DNA of 63,860 bases, filler included, from Rhizaria sp. SCN 62-66 (Eukaryota), in the NCBI GenBank assembly GCA_001724265.1. It is 3 parts of 3 records of this genome, joined end to end, with 100 filler letters (N's around TTAATTAATTAA, not from the genome) between each part and the next. Parts side by side here need not be neighbours in the genome. Positions count along the whole stretch, not along the records: positions 21,594 to 42,951 come from MEDY01000452.1; 2 more parts are not named here. The stretch is one strand, 5' to 3'. Made by a program: the position numbers and the translations under genes. The notes under the pieces are model-generated. The model had not been told where the DNA came from, searched no databases, and worked only from the letters and a program-made list of their open reading frames with translations. Positions within the stretch are counted from its first letter, which is position 1. Each line of letters starts with the position of its first letter. Below, in pieces: positions 27,596 to 39,880 of this stretch.

Positions 27596-28228
27596 GAGGT
27601 AGTGCTGGTGGGTGCTGCTGCAGTGTCATTGTGCTAACACCGCCTGATATCATGTTTTCGGTGTCATTTGCGATATATTTATTGTTGTGTAAGAGTTGTA
27701 TTTTCAGCCACTCAACTCGTCCATACGTGCTGCGAATGGTGACACATTTTAATGCGCTGTGTTCGAGTCATAAAGCTGGGGCCTTACAATGCGTTTTTCG
27801 TGTCAAATACAGCTAACATATGTTACACTGAAGCTACTATTTCCTTCATAACATGTTTCTAGCATCATAATGCTGGCCATCACCAATACTAGGACATTAC
27901 ACTGTCATCACTCGATTATAGCTACAAATGGCGACATTGCAGTTTGCCGCCCCAATCGATGCTATTGTTGCATGTTGACCGTGAGTAATTTTCGAGATCA
28001 TATCCACTTATCATAGCGCTTGTGCCGGGTGAGCCACTGCAAATACGGCTCAATCGATCCAGTTCACGCCATACGGGTGGGCGAAAACGCGCGGAGGAGA
28101 GCATGCAAGAGCGCACGCACTACGTAAGCGCACAAGCGCCGACAAACATGCACGCTGTGCTGCGTCACATTACAGCATGTTCGCTGGTCGCCGCACGCAC
28201 ATCTGGTGTAATAAGACACGCCGTCTTG

Positions 28229-29719
28229 TTACCGCAGAAACAGAAACAATGTCTTGAAGATCTGCTCCTTCTGGGCGTGACTAAAGTCGTTGTTATTCAT
28301 AAGCCCATTGAAGAAGATCTTGAGCTCCAAGTTAAAGTCGTCCCGCCTGTCCCAGGACATTTGGGCAAGACGCTGGGGCATCATCAGCGACGCGAAGCGG
28401 TACTTGGGCAGGTCCGTGCTCGACTCGTTCTCGGGCCCTTTGCAGATGATGCGGTCTGAGTGGATAGTCACCGTGTCGCTGACGCCGTACGCTGTCCGCT
28501 TGCCGGTGTGGAGGTTGAACACAAGATCGTGCGGCATCGAGGTGCCGTTGATGATGTTCTCTAAAGCACGGAAATGGTTCTTCGTCATGTTGCGAAGAAT
28601 GTGCATCAACGCCTTTACATTCTACTCCTCTGCTTCAGACGCGGCGCGCTCCTCTGCACTCATATCATCCCAGTCTGGGAAAGTCTCGATTTCATCCTTA
28701 GCCACGAGATCAGCCCTCTAAATCTCGTCGTAAATCCGCTGCACGGCGATCCTGGCCTGCGCAACCTTGGACTTGGCCTTCTTGAACTCGTCTTCGGTGT
28801 CCTTCTTCCGCTGCTCGCCACCGTCGAGGACACCCTCAAGGAGACTGGTCTCCATCAGCGCATGCGCAAGCTCGGCCTGGTGGCACGCCTGCTGCGCCTT
28901 GATGAGCTCAGCCTCGGCGTCGGACATGCGGATCTTGTACCGCATCAGCTCGATCTTGTCACAGAGGCTCTTGGTTGAACTCTCAACATTCTCGACCGCC
29001 TTCTCAGCCTTCTCCACCTTAACATCATCCTCCTCGGCGGCTATTGCGTCGGACACCACCTTCTGCGCCTGCACCAGCTTCCCCTTGGACTGCGCCTTGA
29101 CAAGCGCGGCGGCGGCCGCTAGGAACTCGGATGACTCCGCCTCCGAGTACTGCTGCGGCTGCTGCTCTCTGGCCGCACTGCCCGGCTTGGGGGCATGACG
29201 CTGCTCATCGGCGGCTTTGAAACGCTTCAGGGCGGCGGCGAGTTCGCTCTCGAGCTGCGGCAGCGGCACACTGGCTACCGACTTGGCGTTGCTGTCGGTG
29301 TCCGTGTCCGTGGTCGACGACTCAGACTCGGGCTCGGACGAGGCCGTGCCGGCGTCCTTGCCCTTGGCAGCGGCCCGCGTCGCAAAGCTGCGGGAGACGG
29401 CGCCCGCGGGTAGCGCCCACGGCAGCAGAGCGCTGCTGGCGGCAAGAGAGTGGCGCGCGCGCTGAGGCTGAGACGTAGACGCCAGCGCGGCAAGCAGAGA
29501 CGGCGCCGACAGCGCGGGCGACGTGAGAGACGGGGCGAGACGGCGGGTGAGACCCGTGCGGCCACTGATCACACCGTTGTGGGCGGTGTTGTCGTGGGTC
29601 GCGAGCAAGGAGGACGAAGGCTTGCAGATGGACAACATGTCAGCAAAGAGTGGCGTTGTTACGGGAGAATGCGACGCAAGGAAGCGTGACGCACGAGAGG
29701 AAACGCGACTCAGAATCAT
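28229..29719 (-). CDS. Orphan coiled-coil protein with mitochondrial-presequence-like N-terminus; 496 aa if two TAGs are read through
   Basis: ORFs 28718..29719 and 28229..28609 share one frame and are separated only by TAG at 28718-28720 and 28622-28624; the linker is coding-like with no intron signature. Stop TAA. Confidence 0.72.
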
Positions 29720-30124
29720 GGCAACTCAGAGTGATGTGGCGAGCTGCTGGGATCTGTAAATCAGCAAAATTACAGGCGAAATCAAATACAGTAAGCTTTA
29801 AAAAGTATTATGTACATGCATCCCCCGAATTAATGCTGGGGTATTGGTCTATCATCCGTTTAAGTACGAGTACATGCGTTACGAGACGAGAGATTTGTTA
29901 CTTGAGTTTGATGTTGACCCCCCAGATCTTTAGAGAGAGATATTGCAATGAAAACGCAATTGCAGGAAAAACAATGGGTAAAACAAGTAGAACAGCCAAT
30001 TTCACATGCATAAAACTGAATAATTCTTATTTAGCTGCATAATGAGATCGATATTGTCCCTTTAGTTTGGACAGATGACCTATGAGGGCCTCCCGTTCCC
30101 GAAGCCCACCCCGTGACCGTGAGT

Positions 30125-30572
30125 TCAAAGAGGGGAATGCGCATTTTTCCACTTGAGACTCGCAATCGCATTGTGGAATGCGGCCCTTGCCACCCCCAAC
30201 TCGCGCTGCGCAACGATGTACGCGGGGGTAATCAGGGCCGACTGCGCTCGCCTTGCTGACGAGCGCGCGCTCGGCCTCGGCGACGAGCCACCGGTGCGCC
30301 GCCAAAAACTGCATGCTGTGCTCCGTGCTGGACGCGGTTGACGACGCGGCTGAGGCGCCGGAGGACGCAGAGGCTGACGCCGAAGCAGTAGCTGCACTCT
30401 CAAGCCCCACTTGTTCTCCGACTGGCAGATCACTCCACACCTTTGTAGAATGGAAAACAAGATAGAATAACGACAAAAACATAGTGTTGCCAATGACTAG
30501 TGTTGGTGTTTGCGACATACTGGCTTTTAAGGCCCTCACGTACATCACATGCGGTTGTTCCTCTTTTTTCAT
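30125..30572 (-). pseudogene. Possible frameshifted gene fragment
   Basis: GC3-rich codons follow one frame up to about 30250 (EHSMQFLAAHRWLVAEAERALVSKA) and a different frame afterwards (AQSALITPAYIVAQRELGVARAAFHNAIAS...TGA). Confidence 0.33.
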
Positions 30573-30953
30573 GACAACCACTGACCTTCGGACGAAAAGG
30601 ATTACTCTAACCAGTAACTAGTCGTTGGCCACAACTAGGTTTGACCAGCGGGCGAGGTCGCTATCACTCACGTATCTTATCTTTAGCGTCAACAATCTCC
30701 AGGCTAGGATATTTTGATTTATTTGTGACTTTAATTACGACCTTTTATTTACACGCCTGATCTGTGTGACTATCCCTCGCATCTTGCTTTTCCAAGTCCT
30801 CACTCCGTTAGCCTTCATCTTTGCCGCCCATCTTGCTAAGACCAGCTCGCCTCCCGGTGGACTAAAAGACAACACACCCGCAGCAGCGACACACCCAACC
30901 CCATCACACGGAAGTCACTTTGCTGAAACAGCAAGGCTCCAGCTCGCTCCCCA

Positions 30954-32810
30954 ATGCCCCCGCCGCCGGTCCACGTGCCCGCGCCGCTGCAGCCGGGCGA
31001 GTCGGTGGCCGACTGGGACATCTACGCCGTGCTGTCCCTCCCCGACGGGCTCGCCGCCACGCCCGAGGACCTGCGCGCGGCCTACCGCGACATGTCCCGC
31101 CTTATCCATCCGGACCGCAACCCCGACGACCCGACGGCTGGCGCGCGCTTCGACCAGCTCAAGCGCGCCTACGACTACATCTCGGACCCTGAGGCGCGCG
31201 CGGGCTATGACGCGCTCCTCGCGCTGCGCCGCCAGCGCGCGCAGGCCCGCGAGCGCGAGGACGCCGGCGCGCGCGGGCTGCGCGATGCGCTTGAGGCCCG
31301 CGAGCGCGAGGCCGCCGACAAGCGCGCCTTTACCCAAGCCAAGTCGCGTTTGCAGCAAGTCAAGGACGCCGACGCCGCATTCATTGCCTCGCTGCTCGCC
31401 GCGGGCAAGCTCGACGGCGGCACGGCCACTGGCGCCGCCTCTGCACAGAAGCGCTCTGCTGCCCAGGCCCACGGCGCGGCGCACGGCACGTCGTCGCTGT
31501 TCCTCGCGCGTGCCGCCGAGGCCGCCGTATCGGGCAACGCCCAGGCCCACGCACACACTGCAGCGGCCGCTGCCGCCGCAAGCGCGCGGGCGGCGCGCGC
31601 GTTTTTCTCCGCGGAGACCGCGGACGTGGACGTCGTTGCCGCGGGCTTCTCGGCCGCCAAGTCGCGTGGCGTCTTCGGGCCTGCCCGCGAGACCGCCGCC
31701 ACCGCAGCCGCCGCCGCCGCCTTCACCGACAGCACCGACGACAGCGCCGCTTCCGTGGGCGCTGCGAGCGGGCTGGGGCTGGGCCGCGGGCTGAGCCGAC
31801 AGGAGGTGCTGCTTTCTCTCCAGCAGTCGCTCGCCCAGGACAGTGCTTCAGCGGCCAGCCGCCTCTCTGCGGGCAATAGCAACCCGTTCGTGGCGCTCTC
31901 GGCCGCGGTGGCGGGCGGCGGGCGCGGCGACGCAGCGGGCTGGGATGGCCGCGTCACCGGCCGGCCCACCAGCAGCACCGGCAGCGGTGGCGGTGTCGCT
32001 ACGGCTCACAGCGAGGGTGCAGATGCCTCGGCCTCGGCGTCGGCTACTGTCGGCGAGCCGCGCAGTGAGGGACCGCTTTTCGGGCCCTTCCTGCCTCTGG
32101 ACACCGCAGGCGCGCGCAGTGACAGCCACAGCAGCAGCAGCAACAGTGCGAGCACATGCAGCAGCAGCGGCGCCGTCCGCTTGGAGTGGCCGGCCGACGC
32201 TGGCTCTGCCGTCGATGACAGCAAGCTGGCAGCGCGGCTCGCGGGCGCCGACGGCGCCAGCGCCAGCGCCAGCGCGGACAGCAACAGCTTTGCCGCTGCT
32301 AAGAGCGCGTTGTTGGTCTCCCCGGCCGCTGCGAGCGTTGCCTTGGCCGCGCTCACGCAGCCGCAGGAGGGCCGCCAGTCCTTCGCCTCCGCTGCCGCCG
32401 CACACAGTCAGAGTCAGAGTCAGAGTCGCAGTCATGCGAGCTCCAGTGGCTCTGGCTCTGGCTCTGGCTCTGGTTCTGGAGCGGGTGTGAGTGCGAGTGA
32501 GCGCGGCAAGAGGGGGGCGCGCGGCGCCTTGCCGTTTGTTCCCTTGACAGCAGCTGATGACACGAGCAGCAGCAGCAGTAAGCCGAGGTCTAAACACCCA
32601 CGGTCCCGGTCTAAGGGCGCTGGCGGCGATGACGACGTTATCGACGTTACCACTAACAACAGCGACAATGACGACGACGAAAACGGTGTTGAGATCGTGC
32701 TGCCCTCCCCAGCAACAGCAACCAAGATTGTGAGCGCGAGTGCGAATAGTACGACTGTTGCGAGCAATGGCGGACAGAGCATGGTCGACGTCGACGATGT
32801 CGATGGCTAA
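30954..32810 (+). CDS. J-domain co-chaperone, DNAJC17/Cwc23-like
   Basis: N-terminal J domain with HPD (IHPDRNPDDP), then DPEARAGYD...RDALEAREREA typical of DNAJC17/Cwc23; low-complexity remainder. Stop TAA. Confidence 0.82.
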   Translation: MPPPPVHVPAPLQPGESVADWDIYAVLSLPDGLAATPEDLRAAYRDMSRLIHPDRNPDDPTAGARFDQLKRAYDYISDPEARAGYDALLALRRQRAQAREREDAGARGLRDALEAREREAADKRAFTQAKSRLQQVKDADAAFIASLLAAGKLDGGTATGAASAQKRSAAQAHGAAHGTSSLFLARAAEAAVSGNAQAHAHTAAAAAAASARAARAFFSAETADVDVVAAGFSAAKSRGVFGPARETAATAAAAAAFTDSTDDSAASVGAASGLGLGRGLSRQEVLLSLQQSLAQDSASAASRLSAGNSNPFVALSAAVAGGGRGDAAGWDGRVTGRPTSSTGSGGGVATAHSEGADASASASATVGEPRSEGPLFGPFLPLDTAGARSDSHSSSSNSASTCSSSGAVRLEWPADAGSAVDDSKLAARLAGADGASASASADSNSFAAAKSALLVSPAAASVALAALTQPQEGRQSFASAAAAHSQSQSQSRSHASSSGSGSGSGSGSGAGVSASERGKRGARGALPFVPLTAADDTSSSSSKPRSKHPRSRSKGAGGDDDVIDVTTNNSDNDDDENGVEIVLPSPATATKIVSASANSTTVASNGGQSMVDVDDVDG

Positions 32811-33300
32811 GCGCAAAAATGACAAACTACTCAGTCGAGTCGACTTAACAATAGAAACACACTGCCTTTTCAAGTTGTTATTTGCTGTTTTCAAGTCATT
32901 GTGTATTCAGTTCATGCCTATTGCTACACACGTGGGTCTCCTGGCGCATAGCAAGCGTCTTCAAACATATGCGCTGATATGTGCTTGTTTAATCTCCATT
33001 TTGCGCTTAGACCGCCGCCGCCGCCGCCACTGCCCGCGAGCTTCTGCAGCTCCTCCGAGACCTCAATTAATGTATGTCTAATATCAGACTAAAGTCATAT
33101 CAAATATGTTAATTTATTTGACGTTACCGTGTTTGTTTTTGAAAATGCAGATAATATTTTCATTTTGATGGATGATTCGGCGCACCTGAATCGAGCAGAT
33201 GCACAAGCATAACACACAATTGACTCGAGGAGATACATAAATTATACTAGTATCGGAGAAATAGATCCATGACGCAATATTTTAAGGAGCTGCATGCCTC

Positions 33301-36300
33301 TCACAGTTGTCCCGCCGCTGTGCCACGTGCTGCCCCTCTGTAGCTGTCTCTACTGTCGTGGGTGTGAGTGCGGAATGCGTCTTCGGTCTCCGTCTCGTAC
33401 TAGTCTGTCATGAGCTGCCCGATGCCGTCGACTGCGCCGCTGCTGCCCGCGCCGCGCGCCTACAGCCACTCAGCGCCGTCAATCATTCGCAGCACACCGC
33501 TGGCGTCACCGCCAACGTTGCCACTGCTCACGTCACTGCTGGCGCAGCAGTCACCGCCAGTCTCCCGTGAGTCACCAGCGCCAGCGCCATCACTGTTTGT
33601 GCGAATGATTTTCGACTAAGGAGCACTCAAACAACTGCTAAAGTATGATGTTTGGGTGCCCGCAGCGTTTATACCCGCAGTAACACTGTCACCGTCGTTG
33701 TTGTTACTGGTAACGACGTTGTTTGTATCACTTGAAGCAATAGCAGCGACAGCCAGGCTAAAAAACGCGCGGCCCGTTGCTGTTGTGCTGCCCAGGCACG
33801 CGTTCGAACAGCTGCTGACCGTGCTGCTGCGGCGCTGGCGACTACAAAGAGCGATGCAAACACCGACGTTGCTCCTTGTGTTAGTAGTAACGCGGAGTTG
33901 CGCCTTGTGGGCACTAGTGCGTAGTGTCGCGAAGGAGCGGCGCGGCAGAGGACTGCCGGTACTGTCAACAGTGCTGACACCACTGCTGCGCGAACTAGCG
34001 CTGGCAACTGCAGCGCTTGCGTGAGCGGCGTCTTGGCTTGCGGGGGTTGCGGCAGAGCTGGGGTGGCTAAGTCTGCGGTCGCGCACCCAGGCCAGACTAG
34101 GGTCCTGCTCGAAGTCAGTCAGCGACGCTGCGTGCAGCGCCTGCTCGCTCAGCGCACGCGCGCTCTCGCTCTCGGAGATAACTTTCTCGCTCTCCGACAG
34201 CAGCTCCTCGCTGCGCTGCAGCGCGCGGTCGCTTACTTCCTCGTTGTTAGAGACGAGCAGCCTCTCACTGTCAGACAGCATTTCCTCGCTGTGATGCAAT
34301 GCGCGGTCGCTCGCATCCTCGTAGTCAGCGCGGCTAAGGTTAGCTGCGCCGCCATAGCTGGGGCAGACAAAATCTTGAGTTGATTGTGCATTAGTAGCCG
34401 CGTGAGGTGTGTTTGTGCTTGCGTTGCTTGTAGTGCCGTCGTCATCTTGGATGCGCATAGCAAAGTTGCTCATGTTACTAGTGCCGTTTTTCTCAAGCGA
34501 ATTGCAGCGCGTGACTCTTGGCACTGCAAGCGTGAGCAGCTGCAGCGGCGAGCGGCCCCCACTCACGCACGGCGTCCCCGTTCCCGCGTCCAGAGTCACG
34601 CGGGCCCGGTCCTCGCCCCATTCGCAGTCGCGCTCGCGCTCACGTTGCTCTTCAGCCGCCGCTGAGGGATCATCAACCTCCGCTTCGGCTTTGAACTCAG
34701 TCTCGTCCTCGGCAACTACTGCGACAGACTCGGCCTGTGCGGCAGCGGCGGTTGCTGCAGCGGCGCTGGCGCGAGCCGCGGCAACAGCGGCAGCAGCAGC
34801 AGCGGACGCGACAAAGGAACTCTCCTTGGCAGCGTCTAAGCTAGTGACGCTGTGTTTGTCCGTGGTAGCGTTTTGACTTGAGCTGCTGCCCAGATGAGTG
34901 CTGTTCTCACTTGTGTGATGTGTGCGACCGGCACTAGCTGAGTTGTTAGCGCTGTCTCTGTTAAGCTTGTTGGCGTTGACAAACGTAGGCAGCATGAGGT
35001 CTCCGTCGTACACGCCAGTGACAAAGTCGACGAGTGCGACACGTGCGGCGAGCGGCGACCGCGTCACGAGCTGCGCTGCGTCAAGAAACACGGAAGAGGC
35101 ATCTTGCCCCGTTGATTGCGCCCGTGTCAGCGCTTGTAATCGTGAACGCGACCGTGATCGTGAGCGGGACCGCGATTGCGCGCGTAGGTGGTCGAGCGAC
35201 TGCATGTGCTTATGTTTGCTCTGGTGGACGTGATTGTGCGCACCATCAAAAAGCCCACGCACACCATGCTGACCACGTTCGCTTGCTGTGTGCGCAACAC
35301 CCAACGCTCTCTTGCGCGGCTGCTCCGTGGCGTGGTGGCTGTGCGGCAGCGTTCGCGTGTGCAGCACGTGGTGCCACGGCACCGCCCACCCGGCGCCGTC
35401 GCCGCCCGCCTCGTCCTCGTCCACGGGCCCCCACTTCGCGCCAGCTTTGTCGCCGGGCGTGGCAGCACCGCGTTTGTGAGGAAACAGTCTGTGACCGTGC
35501 CTGCGTGTGGGGCTGTAACTGATATCATGGTTGCGATTATAAACGTTCTATGTCAAACGACGTTGACTTGCCTACACGTCTCCCCGCTTCTTCCGCAGCT
35601 GATCAAGTTCATGCTGGTGCTGCTGCAATATCTCAAGCCTGTCGATTGTGTTAATTGCACTTGCACTTGCGTCGTCATATCCGTCGGCAGAACTGTCCCT
35701 GTTGCGGTTATACGTACTTCCTGTGTTGATACCGCCAGGCTTGTGGCGCAACATACTTGCAACACTTAACTGCGAGCCAGCACGGCTTGTGTTATGCGAT
35801 ATCAGGTTGTTAAACGCAGTGCTAATGCCAACGCCTCCCGGAAAAGTACTATGAGAGGCGTTCGCGCTCACAGTAGAGCTGTACTGCCGCCGCGTCCACC
35901 ACGCGCCCTGGCCGCCGTGGGCGGGCCCGCTAGCGCCGGTGCTGGCGCGGCTGTCTTGGCCGGCGTGGCTCGCAGCGGCAGCGCGGATGGCCGCAGTGGT
36001 CTCCTCGGCAATCGCGGTGGCCTGCGCGCTCTTGAGCAGGTGGCGCCATGATCGCGGCGGCTGCGGCGCCCAGCCCCCCGCCTCGGCGCCCAGCTCAGAG
36101 CTGCTGTCTTCATGAATGCTTGCAGTGCCAGTGCGGCGTGCGTTCGCGGTTGAATCTGAGATCGGCTGGCCACGCATGTGCACAGACCAGTGCGCGTCGC
36201 CTCCAGCGCTAGAGTCCGCGCCTGCGCCTGTGCGATGAACGCTGTCTGTAATGTCACTGTAGGCGGACGCTGTGGGCGGCGTCAGCGACTGCGCGGGCCA

Positions 36301-39300
36301 GCGCAGCGAGGCGCGGTTGCGCAGCGCGGCGGCGATGACCTCCGCCAGTGACACAGGGCCGCGGGCGGCGCTGGTGCCTGGGCCGTCAGTCGAGGGCGCT
36401 GTTGCAGCTCCGACGCCACCAGCCGTACTGCGGGCGGCGCGAGGAGACTTTGGGTTGCTGCGATCACCATATGAAGCAAACCTTGCAACATGATGTGCGC
36501 TGGCACGGCCATGGTGTTGGATGTTGCCGCCCATGCTGGTATCCGCCGCCCATGCAAGGGGGCTGTAGCTGTGGTCGCTCGCCTCAGCTTCTGCAGCAGC
36601 CTCGGCCTCCGCCGCAGCCACCGCCGCGCGCGCAGCGTCCTGAAGATACGCCGAGTAGCCCCGCTCGCGAGCCCGCGACTGCTCCCAGAACTGCGACCAG
36701 TCGCCGCCGCCCACGGCTGCAGCGTCGCCTTGGCCCAGCTTTAGACGAACGCCCGCTGTGTCAGCGGCGCCCACATTGGCAGTCGCGCGCGCACGGGCGC
36801 GGGCATTAGCCTCAGCGTCAGCGGCCGCCTGCGTCAGCACTAGGATTCGCTGCTCCTCGCTTTTCGCGACCACAACGTCGTTGCCGCTCTCGTGCGCACG
36901 GCTCGCGCGCGCATCCATGTAGGTCTTGTGATCGACGGGAGCGTCCTCTGCAAGCGCGGCGCGCCGGTCGCGTTCGCGGTCGCGGCGGGCCGCCACGAAG
37001 CGTGCGCGCGCCGCCAGCTCGCGCCACAGCGGCGCCAGCGCGGCGCCTTTGGCCGGGCCCAACAGCCGCGGCACTGGAGCCGCCGCCGCACCGGTGCGCA
37101 CCACTGCGCTGTTGCCGCGGCTGTCGGTGACAACGGCGTGGGGCGCTGCGGCTGCGTCGGCGTGCCCGCGGAGCGCGTGCAGCGTGCGCGCGCGCAGGGA
37201 CTCCCTGTTGTTGTTTTCGAACACGCCGGTTCTGGCGCTGACGTAGTCCGCGCCGCGCCCCGCGAGCCGTTCTAACTCCTCCTCTTGCTGGTGCAGCTGC
37301 TTATAGTGATTTTGCGCCTCCGCGCGCCGCTCGCGCGCGAAGGCGAGCTCCTGGAGGTCGGCCGCGTCCGGCAGCGCCAGATCGGCCCAGGTAAGCGGGC
37401 TGTACGCCGCAGCGGGGACGCTGAGGTGGACGGGGGACGCGCTGACGCCCATGCGCGCGTGTGGCGAGTCTGTGAGCTCACCGACGGAGTAACGCAGACC
37501 GGAGTCAGCATGGCCTCTGTCACTTAAACTAGAGCTATTTGTGTAACTGTTGTCGTAGTCGTCCTCGGTGTTGCCTGTATTAGTGCCGCTGCGCGCTTTC
37601 CTTTTAGTGCCGGTAAACGGCGCTGTTGCGGCCGGCGTGGAGAGGGGCGAGAACATCGGCTGGGACACAGGAGAAAAGAACGTTGCTTCGTCGCTGTTGC
37701 TAAAACTGTTGTTGTTATAGCTGTTTCTCCGCGCACCGTCGCTGTCGCTGTAGCTGTGACGGCCACTCCTCGCGGCTGCACGATCATTGCCAGTGTCACC
37801 ACCGACGATCGCAAACCACCTGCCAGCACGACTGCGTCTCGCGTCACCGTTGCTGGCGCCGGTGTTGTCAGTGGGTCTGTCACTACTGTCTGTGCGCATA
37901 TGCTGCTGGTAATGCGGTTCGCCCTGCGGTTGTTGCTGCTGTTGCCGTTGCGATTGTGCATACCTCGACCGTGCTGACTGCGACGGCGGCGACCGCTGCG
38001 GCGACTGGGAGAACACGGGGAAGCCGCTCCCGCCGACGCGGCTCGCCTGCTCCCCACGGCCTAACTGCGATCCGGGGAACTTAAGCCCAGTGTAAGTGCC
38101 GAAGCTCCTCCGGCCGCTCGTGCCACTGCCGCTGCTTGCATTGCCAGTGCTACTATCTCCGCTGTTTTTCACAACGCCGCTGCCGTGCGTACCGCCGCCA
38201 TTGCTATGCGGTTTGCTGCTATTGTGCATTACCGAGCGCGCGGGTTGCCAGCGCACGCCGCCGTGCGCGCAGCTGATAAACGTGCCCGCGCCCGCACCCG
38301 CGGGCTCCGCCAACAGCGCCGACGACGGGCAGTGGCGATGACCGTGGGCCGCGGAGTGCGCCGACGGGTGACCGTGGGCCAGGGGCCCTTGCGTGTCGCG
38401 GGTCGCTATACCAGCTCCGGTATGGTTATCGGTGGCAAGACCGCCGCTTGCGTTGCTGACGGTGCTACTGGTGCAGTTGTTGCTGTCAGAGCTGTCGTCT
38501 CCCTTGTTCTCGCCGTCGCCGTTGATGCAGTAGCTGAGCCCGCTGAAGGTGCTGAGGTCGCGCACCGTAGACTCGCCCAGCTGGCTCGTGCTCGCGTGCT
38601 GGTAGCCGCCACGCGCACCACCAGCACCCTTGTGACTGTGAGCAGCAGTCTGACCGCAAGCAGCGGAGTGACCGTGAGCGGAGTGACCGTGGGGCGGCAC
38701 GGCGGGAGGACGCAACACAAGCCACGGCTGTGGTAGTGCTGATGTGGGCGCGGCGGCAGGCGCCACTTCGCCGCCCTTCAAGTACTTGAGGCAGTTGCTG
38801 ACGGCAGTAGTACCGCTGCCGGGAGCCGATTTATTAACCGAGTGGGCAGTGTGAGTCGAGCTTGCATTGATAATGTTAGAGTTGCCGCCACCGCCAGACA
38901 TACGTGCTCTGCTGTCAAGCTCGCACTGCGGCGCCAGGCTGCTTGCCCGCATGTGCACAGTGGTGCCCTTGAGCGCGAGGTCCCCGCTATTTCGACTGCT
39001 GCTGCTGCTGCTGCTGCTGTCGACTGAGGGCGCTGAGTGCGGGTCGTTTGACTGGGACGGTGCATGCGCGCTGGCGCTACTGTTGCCGCTTGCAATGCCG
39101 CCGTGCTGGATAGCCGCAGGGCTGTTGCTGCAGCGTGTGCTACTGAAACGCATGTGGTTAGTAACGTATTGCTGGAGCGGACATGTCACCGTGTTGTGAC
39201 TTGAAGCGAGGGAGTGACTTGAAGTAGCGACCTGGCGGCTCAATGCGGCCTCGCCCAGGCGACGACTTGAAGATTCAGATGCTTTCAGCAAGGGAGCCAG

Positions 39301-39333
39301 CGCGCGACTGCGCAAGTTTATCGCGCGGAGCAT
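33301..39333 (-). CDS. Large low-complexity orphan protein with presequence-like N-terminus; about 2010 codons with 5 in-frame TAGs
   Basis: One frame runs from ATG 39333 to TGA 33301-33303 with no TAA/TGA, only TAG at 35572, 35548, 33616, 33460 and 33400. May splice (intron 33304-33078) to a last exon 33077-32912. Confidence 0.75.
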
Positions 39334-39880
39334 TGTTCTGAGTGTCGATGTGGGCTGCTGTCTCTTAAGCTAGAAAGCAACTGTGAGCTCAAAGGCAAGC
39401 AACGTTACTCGAACGTGTGTACTGCGCCAGTCCAATTAGAACAGGGTACATCGTATGAAGGCAGACGACTTAGGAAATTTAAAAACGAATAAATAACTAA
39501 ACATAGCATTTACTGTTGCCGGCGCAACCATGGATCTGATAACGGTTTGTTCAAGTTCATTTGAGAGAGACTTACAAAGAGTACTGAGCCAGGTCATGTG
39601 TGCCACGTGGAAGCCCCGTTGTTTGAGGCCGGTGGCAGCACACCACTTGAAGTGATCGCATATAGACAGCAAACTTGTTAAAACATATGTGTATCGGTGT
39701 AGTACTGCGTTTCTTTTTTCTGGTTACGCGCCAATGAGTGGACAGTAGTTAGCCCCCACAACTCTTAAACAGCTTCATCAATATATGGTTTGTTTGTTTC
39801 AAATTCTCCCTCTCTCCCCCCGCACTCGCAGTGCTGGGGTCTCTGGAGGGACGCCGTGTCTCGCGCGCGCGTGGTCGCGC

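Noticed and set aside
28610-28720. Introns removing the in-frame TAGs (also 35425-35575)
   Set aside because: No local-consensus donor or pyrimidine-rich acceptor, and the segments are coding-like and in frame. Not formally excluded without RNA data.
33400-35574. Pyrrolysine or selenocysteine explanation for read-through
   Set aside because: Selenocysteine uses UGA; pyrrolysine is known only from prokaryotes; these sites lie in low-complexity, non-catalytic regions.
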